Origin: an uncultured bacterium
GTDB taxonomy: Bacteria > Acidobacteriota > HRBIN11 > JAKEFK01
Reading direction: 5' to 3'
Length of the DNA: 64,000 nucleotides
Assembly: GCA_963777505.1 (NCBI GenBank)
Contig: CAVZQN010000003.1
Coordinates: 128,001-192,000 of the forward strand
The notes beneath the pieces were generated by a model, which was not told the DNA's origin, searched no databases, and worked only from the letters and a program-made list of their open reading frames with translations. Of this stretch, positions 58,511 to 64,000 are shown in pieces. The translations under genes and the position numbers were made by a program. Position 1 is the first letter of the stretch. Each line of letters begins with the position of its first letter.

Positions 58511-59212
58511 ATGGACCAGTCTGATCAAAATCTGATTATCCTGGATGGAATCACAAAAGTTTTTGTAACCGATGAAGTAGAGACACATGCCCTTTCGGGT
58601 ATCAATCTCGAAATTAAGAAAGGGCAGTATATTTCAATAGCCGGTCCATCAGGCTGCGGAAAATCCACACTGCTATCAATTCTTGGACTTCTCGACACTC
58701 CATCCGATGGAACGTATCGCTTAAACCAAAATTCTGTTGATAAACTCACACCTTCCGATCGCGCTAGAGTACGCAATCGTGAAATTGGTTTTATCTTCCA
58801 GGCGTTCAACCTGATCGGTGATTTGACCGTGTATGAAAACGTTGAACTGCCTCTTACATATCGTGGCTTGTCTTCTTCACAACGAAAGGAGATGGTGACA
58901 GCTGCACTTGAAAAAGTAGGGATGTCCCATCGCACAAAACATTATCCTTCTCAGCTATCCGGTGGTCAGCAGCAGCGTGTTGCGGTTGCAAGAGCGCTTG
59001 CTGGAAAACCTTCTATCCTTCTGGCCGATGAACCTACAGGAAACCTGGATTCCAAAAATGGTGAAGCTGTTATGGATTTGCTTCGCGATCTTCATCGGGG
59101 TGGTGCCACGATTTGCATGGTGACTCATGATCCCCGTTTTGCAAGATATGCTGAAAGAACAATTCATCTTTTCGATGGAAGAGTAGTAGAAGAAACTGCT
59201 GAAGCAGTTTAA
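58511..59212 (+). CDS. ABC transporter ATP-binding protein (MacB/LolD-like)
   Basis: GPSGCGKST, LSGGQQQR, LLADEPTGNLD, VTHD. Confidence 0.96.
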   Translation: MDQSDQNLIILDGITKVFVTDEVETHALSGINLEIKKGQYISIAGPSGCGKSTLLSILGLLDTPSDGTYRLNQNSVDKLTPSDRARVRNREIGFIFQAFNLIGDLTVYENVELPLTYRGLSSSQRKEMVTAALEKVGMSHRTKHYPSQLSGGQQQRVAVARALAGKPSILLADEPTGNLDSKNGEAVMDLLRDLHRGGATICMVTHDPRFARYAERTIHLFDGRVVEETAEAV

Positions 59213-59242
59213 ACCCCGCCATTCCGGCGGGAAAGGGAATCT

Positions 59243-61651
59243 ATGGAATCTTTCTGGCGGGATTTACGTTATGGGTGGAGGATCCTAGCAAAGCGTCCGG
59301 GATTTACTGCAATCGCAGTTTTAACGCTTGCTCTTGGAATCGGCGCCAACACTGCAATTTTCAGCGTAGTTAATAGCGTTCTACTTCGACCACTACCGTT
59401 TAATGATCCTGATAGTGTTGTGCTTTTGCAGCACATGCGAAGAGGTCTTCCTTCAGCACTTTCGCCGCTTGACTATAGTGAACTAACGAGACAAGCCGGA
59501 GTGTTTCAACATGCGGCGGCTTTTACTACTCAAAGTTACAACCTGACTGGAAAAGGTGATCCTGAAAGAATCCGCGGCACTGCAGTTACCTGCGATTTTT
59601 TTAATGTGTTTGGGATGCGGAACGCAGGAGGACGGACTTTTGTTTCATCTGATTGTAATGAGAATTCAGAAAAGGGCGTCATTATTTCAGATGCATTATG
59701 GAAATCTCGATTTGCGAATGACTCAAAAATAATTGGTTCTAAAATTGTTCTTGATGGAGACCCATACATAATCATTGGAGTTGGTCCGAAGAACTTTGAT
59801 TTTCCACGAGATTCCCAAGTTTGGCGTCCACTTGTTTTTACGCCGCATGAGATGGATCAAAGCCAGCGTGGCGCACGATGGCTTCAAGCAATCGCTAGAC
59901 TGAAAACAACCCTGAATTTGAGTCAAGCAAATGCAAAGGTTCTTGCTGTTTCGAGCCGCATTTCCAAAGAGTTTCCGCGCACAAATCAAAACATAAGTTC
60001 CCGGGTGATTCCTCTTCATGAATTTATGGTTCGCAATGTTAAGAAAGCTCTTTTGATTGTGTGTGGAGCAGTTGGTTTTGTACTTTTAATTGCATGTGCA
60101 AATGTAGCAAACCTGTTGCTTGCGCAGAGCGCTTCCAGAACGGATGAAGTAGCGGTACGAAGTGCATTAGGCGCCGGAAGATTCCGGTTAATCCGCCAGT
60201 TTCTTGCGGAAAGCGGGATGCTTGCGTTGATCTCGTGTGCCGCAGGAATTGTCATCGGGTTATGGTTTATGGAACTTCTTCGTTCCAGTGGACCCGCAGA
60301 TCTACCTCGATTGCAGGAAGCACGTCTTGATCTGAATGTACTTGCGTTTACATTCATTTGTTCAGCAGCGACTGCCATTCTTGTTGGACTCGTACCTGCC
60401 TTTCATGCGTTGAGATCTTTGCCTGAACGATTGAAAGCTTCAGGCCGTTCCGTCGCTTCCACCGGCAATAAGACTCGCAAAATATTGATCGTTGGAGAAA
60501 TTGCATTGTCATTAATGCTACTTATTGGCGCAGGCTTGTTGATCCGCAGTTTTATGGAATTGAACAAAATCGATCCTGGATTCAAATCTGAAAACGTTTT
60601 CTCTTTCGCAGTTGCATTGCCTGCGGCAAAGTATCCTGAGGTGTCTAAGATTTCCGGATTCGTTTCTGAATTGGATAGACGTATTGCGGCAAAACCAGGC
60701 GTACAAAGTGTTGGCGCCATTTTCGGACTTCCATTAACGACAACTTTTCAAGCCGGAACAAGCTTTGAGCGGACCGGATCGGCCAATGAAGCTGAAGAAC
60801 CGGAAGCGCGATTAAGGATCTGTACACCAGATTATTTTCGAACGATCCACATTCCCTTAATTCGCGGACGCTTCTTTAAACAGGCTGATGATGCTGCAGC
60901 GCCTGAAGTCGTAATAATCAATGAAGCTACAGCGAAGAAGTATTGGCCTGGTGAGGATCCCGTCGGACGTCAACTTCGAATCCATGTAAACCTTGTGGGT
61001 GGTGAGACGCATCCGCGAACCATCGTTGGAATCGTCGGAAATGTTCGCAGTGATGCCTTGAACGCCGAACCGGAACCCGAATTATACATTCCGCATGCTC
61101 AACATTCCGTCGATATGATGTCATTTGTCGTACGAACCGCATATTCTTCCGATTCCATTTTTCCCGTTGTTCAAAAGGAAGTGCGTTCGATGGATCCAGA
61201 ATTACCAATCTGGGATACACGCAGCCTTGAAGAAATTGTTGGCATGTCAGTGGCTGAAAAGAAATTCACGATGTTGTTGATTTCCATTTTTGCTGCGCTC
61301 GCTTTATTACTTGGAGCCGTGGGAATCTATGGAGTCATTTCTTATGTAGTTGTATTAAGAACACGAGAAATTGGTTTGCGTATGGCAATCGGTGCGCAAA
61401 CAACTGATGTAACGCGCCTGTTTGTGAAAGAAGGCCTTGCTCTCGCGGTTGCCGGAATTACGGTTGGTATTATCGGAGCCCTGACATTAACTCGCGTTCT
61501 TTCAACTTTACTCTTTGGCATCAGTGCCAAAGATCCTGCAACGCTGCTAATTGTATCGGCTTTATTAGGAGCTGTCGCATTCTTTGCGTGCTATTTCCCC
61601 GCGCGCAAGGCTTCCCGTATCGATCCAGTGCACGCTCTCCGATACGAATGA
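59243..61651 (+). CDS. ADOP-family ABC transporter permease
   Basis: [42 protein letters not shown]. Confidence 0.95.
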   Translation: MESFWRDLRYGWRILAKRPGFTAIAVLTLALGIGANTAIFSVVNSVLLRPLPFNDPDSVVLLQHMRRGLPSALSPLDYSELTRQAGVFQHAAAFTTQSYNLTGKGDPERIRGTAVTCDFFNVFGMRNAGGRTFVSSDCNENSEKGVIISDALWKSRFANDSKIIGSKIVLDGDPYIIIGVGPKNFDFPRDSQVWRPLVFTPHEMDQSQRGARWLQAIARLKTTLNLSQANAKVLAVSSRISKEFPRTNQNISSRVIPLHEFMVRNVKKALLIVCGAVGFVLLIACANVANLLLAQSASRTDEVAVRSALGAGRFRLIRQFLAESGMLALISCAAGIVIGLWFMELLRSSGPADLPRLQEARLDLNVLAFTFICSAATAILVGLVPAFHALRSLPERLKASGRSVASTGNKTRKILIVGEIALSLMLLIGAGLLIRSFMELNKIDPGFKSENVFSFAVALPAAKYPEVSKISGFVSELDRRIAAKPGVQSVGAIFGLPLTTTFQAGTSFERTGSANEAEEPEARLRICTPDYFRTIHIPLIRGRFFKQADDAAAPEVVIINEATAKKYWPGEDPVGRQLRIHVNLVGGETHPRTIVGIVGNVRSDALNAEPEPELYIPHAQHSVDMMSFVVRTAYSSDSIFPVVQKEVRSMDPELPIWDTRSLEEIVGMSVAEKKFTMLLISIFAALALLLGAVGIYGVISYVVVLRTREIGLRMAIGAQTTDVTRLFVKEGLALAVAGITVGIIGALTLTRVLSTLLFGISAKDPATLLIVSALLGAVAFFACYFPARKASRIDPVHALRYE

Positions 61652-61654
61652 AAT

Positions 61655-61676
61655 GTAGCGCCGGCGTCGCCGGCAG
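61655..61676 (+). repeat. GTAG-type REP-like hairpin
   Basis: GTAG-C-GCCGGC-gtc-GCCGGC-AG. Confidence 0.65.
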
Positions 61677-61694
61677 AAATTGAGGAATATCGCT

Positions 61695-64000
61695 ATGACA
61701 GGAATTCTGAAAGATTTCAAATATGGATTTCGATCTTTTCTAAAAAAACCTGGCTTCACACTGCTTGCGCTTTTTGCACTAGCAATCGGTATTGGAGTGA
61801 ATACCGCGATTTTCACAGTTGTTAATTCCATCCTGATTCAACCTCTTCGCTATCAAGATCCTGAAAGAATTCTGATTCTTTGGGAAAAATCTCCAGTAAT
61901 GGAAACTTCGGTCGCGTATCCAAATTTTCTTGATTGGCGTTCCGACAACAAGGTTTTTGAGTCAATGGCTGCCTTCAGGCGCGATAGTTTTAACTTAACA
62001 GGCCGCGGTGAACCTGAACGGTTGCAAGGAAGAATGGTCTCAGCGGATTTCTTCAAAATTCTTGGTGTGCCTTTTCAGATGGGCCGTAATTTTCATGCTG
62101 AAGAAGATCAACCCGGTGCAACTCCAGTTGTGATTTTGAGCTATCCACTTTGGAGAAACCATTTTGGAAGTGATATAGCGATCTTAGGAAAACAAGTTTT
62201 ATTAAATGATAAAAGCTATACGGTTATCGGGGTCTCTTCCGAGAAGTTTGAATTTGGTTCGGGAGCCGATTTGTTTGTTCCAATCGGGCAATTCTTCAAT
62301 GAACGTTGGGGACGGGGCAATCATCCTGGGATTTATGTCATTGGAAGGATGAAACCTGAAACGACGATAGCTCAGGTGAAAGCAAATCTGGATGCGATCG
62401 GGAAAAGACTAGCGAAACAATACCCTGAATCAAATGCTGAAAGAACAATCATCTTTCGAGGGTTGCGTGAAGATGTCATTAATGACATTCGTCCATCATT
62501 ACTGATTATCATGGGCGCTGTATCTCTTGTTTTGTTCATCGCTTGTGCAAACGTAGCAAATATGATGCTCGCGCGCGCAGTAGAACGGAAACGGGAGATG
62601 GCAATTCAAGCAGCACTAGGGGCAAGCCGCTTGCGTTTGATTCAGCAGGTGATGGTTGAAGGTTTTATATTGTCGATTGCTGCATCAGTGATCGGTGTTT
62701 TGATTGCATACTGGGGCATCGATATTCTCCTTGCACTCCGCCCTGATTCTCTTCCGAGACTGGATGAAATCCGGCTGAGTACTACTGTCCTTTTTTATAC
62801 TCTGTCACTTTCTGTTTTTACCAGCTTGTTGTTTGGATCCATTCCTGCATGGAAAGCTTCGGCTCCTGATTTAAACCATTCCCTGAAGGAATCAGGTCAT
62901 CACACAGGTACTCTTGCAAACAAAAGAGCCCGCCAGTTTTTGATTGTCTCTGAATTCGCGCTCGCTGTTGTGCTTGTAATAGGAGCTTGTTTATTGGTAA
63001 AGAGTTTTCTCTCCACTCAGTCAGCCGCTCCAGGTTTTAATCCTGAAAATGTTTTGACTCTTCAGCTCTCTTTATCGAATGAGAAATATCAAGATATGAA
63101 GATTGCGAACTTTTTTCAGGAGTTGAAGCAAAAATTATACGAACTTCCAGGTGTGGAATCAGTTTCTTTTTCAAATGGGCTTCCGATTTATGGTGCATCA
63201 GAGTCAATCATTCTGGTTGATGGCAGACCTAAGCCTCCATCCGGGATGGAACCTCAAGCAGTTTTATATCTAACAAGCCGTGATTATTTGAAAACAATGG
63301 GTTTGAATTTAATCAGCGGCAGATTTTTTAATGAGCAGGAGCAAGTCAATAGTCCCCCGGTAACGGTGATTGATGAAACTCTAGCGAAGGAACATTTTAA
63401 GGGGGAAGATCCGATTGGGAAGCGTCTTGTTTTAACAGACGAGCTTCCTCCATTTGAAATTATCGGAGTCGTGGGTCACGTTAAGCACTATGGGTTAGAT
63501 GTAGCCGGTCCGGTTCAATCTCAATACTATCTTTGCTTTGAACAAATTCCCGGTAAATTTTTGGTTCAAATTTCCAGCCGTATGACTGTTCTGGTCAAAA
63601 CAAAATCAGATCCGCAAAATCTGATTTCAGCCGTGCGCGGCGCGGTCATGAAGGTTGATCGAAATCAACCTGTTTATCTTATTCAAACAATGGAAGAGAT
63701 GCTTTCTACTTCACTTGAGCCACGCCGGTTCTCAATGCTGCTGCTTACGATCTTCGCGATCATTGCTTTGATGCTTGCGCTTATTGGTGTTTATGGAGTG
63801 ATGTCTTATCTGGTTGCACAGAGAACGAGAGAAATCGGAATTCGTGTAGCGTTCGGGGCTTCAAGAAATAATGTGCTTTCTACTGTTTTAAAACAGGGGA
63901 TGCTTCCTGTAGTACTCGGTTTGATTTTGGGCTTAGCCGGATCAGCAGCATTGTCCCGAATGCTTGCCGGGTTGCTCTATGGTGTGAGTCCGCGTGATCC
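61695..64000 (+). CDS. ADOP-family ABC transporter permease (runs off the window end)
   Basis: GAGG RBS, MTGILKDFKYGFRSFLKKPGF..LAIGIGVNTAIF; the end LYGVSPRD is in the same frame. Confidence 0.93.
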   Translation, partial: MTGILKDFKYGFRSFLKKPGFTLLALFALAIGIGVNTAIFTVVNSILIQPLRYQDPERILILWEKSPVMETSVAYPNFLDWRSDNKVFESMAAFRRDSFNLTGRGEPERLQGRMVSADFFKILGVPFQMGRNFHAEEDQPGATPVVILSYPLWRNHFGSDIAILGKQVLLNDKSYTVIGVSSEKFEFGSGADLFVPIGQFFNERWGRGNHPGIYVIGRMKPETTIAQVKANLDAIGKRLAKQYPESNAERTIIFRGLREDVINDIRPSLLIIMGAVSLVLFIACANVANMMLARAVERKREMAIQAALGASRLRLIQQVMVEGFILSIAASVIGVLIAYWGIDILLALRPDSLPRLDEIRLSTTVLFYTLSLSVFTSLLFGSIPAWKASAPDLNHSLKESGHHTGTLANKRARQFLIVSEFALAVVLVIGACLLVKSFLSTQSAAPGFNPENVLTLQLSLSNEKYQDMKIANFFQELKQKLYELPGVESVSFSNGLPIYGASESIILVDGRPKPPSGMEPQAVLYLTSRDYLKTMGLNLISGRFFNEQEQVNSPPVTVIDETLAKEHFKGEDPIGKRLVLTDELPPFEIIGVVGHVKHYGLDVAGPVQSQYYLCFEQIPGKFLVQISSRMTVLVKTKSDPQNLISAVRGAVMKVDRNQPVYLIQTMEEMLSTSLEPRRFSMLLLTIFAIIALMLALIGVYGVMSYLVAQRTREIGIRVAFGASRNNVLSTVLKQGMLPVVLGLILGLAGSAALSRMLAGLLYGVSPRD

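Overview
Gene-dense bacterial chromosomal segment, most likely Acidobacteriota-like (inferred from four ~800-aa ADOP/MacB-type duplicated permeases, two acidobacterial-type VWFA proteins and an Oar-like TonB-dependent receptor). About 50 CDS, mostly housekeeping, transport and signalling: AlkB-family dioxygenase, M28/M48/YpfJ/FtsH peptidases, a MocR-PNPOx pair, two GT-C-like membrane proteins, several histidine kinases and response regulators, an FHA-GAF-sigma54 activator, PP2C, ispH, ampG, a stand-alone LigD phosphoesterase, an oxyR-(ahpC)-ahpD-dps cluster, a Phd/RelE toxin-antitoxin pair and an MFP-ABC-ADOP operon. I saw no rRNA, tRNA, CRISPR array, integrase or transposase. Three genes are split by single frameshifts in low-complexity tracts, which may be sequencing errors. 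The most unusual content is non-coding. There are several short-period (7/8/9-nt) repeat families and REP-like hairpins at gene 3' ends. One forms an apparent filled-site/empty-site pair with a 126-bp palindromic insert, several encode protein C-termini, and one abuts the breakpoint of an ahpC deletion that leaves only 27 codons. Five -24/-12 sigma54 promoters, some with a shared upstream motif, suggest a regulon covering the ADOP exporters, the TonB receptor and an orphan harpin-like protein. I cannot establish a new system from sequence alone; the candidates are ranked under findings.
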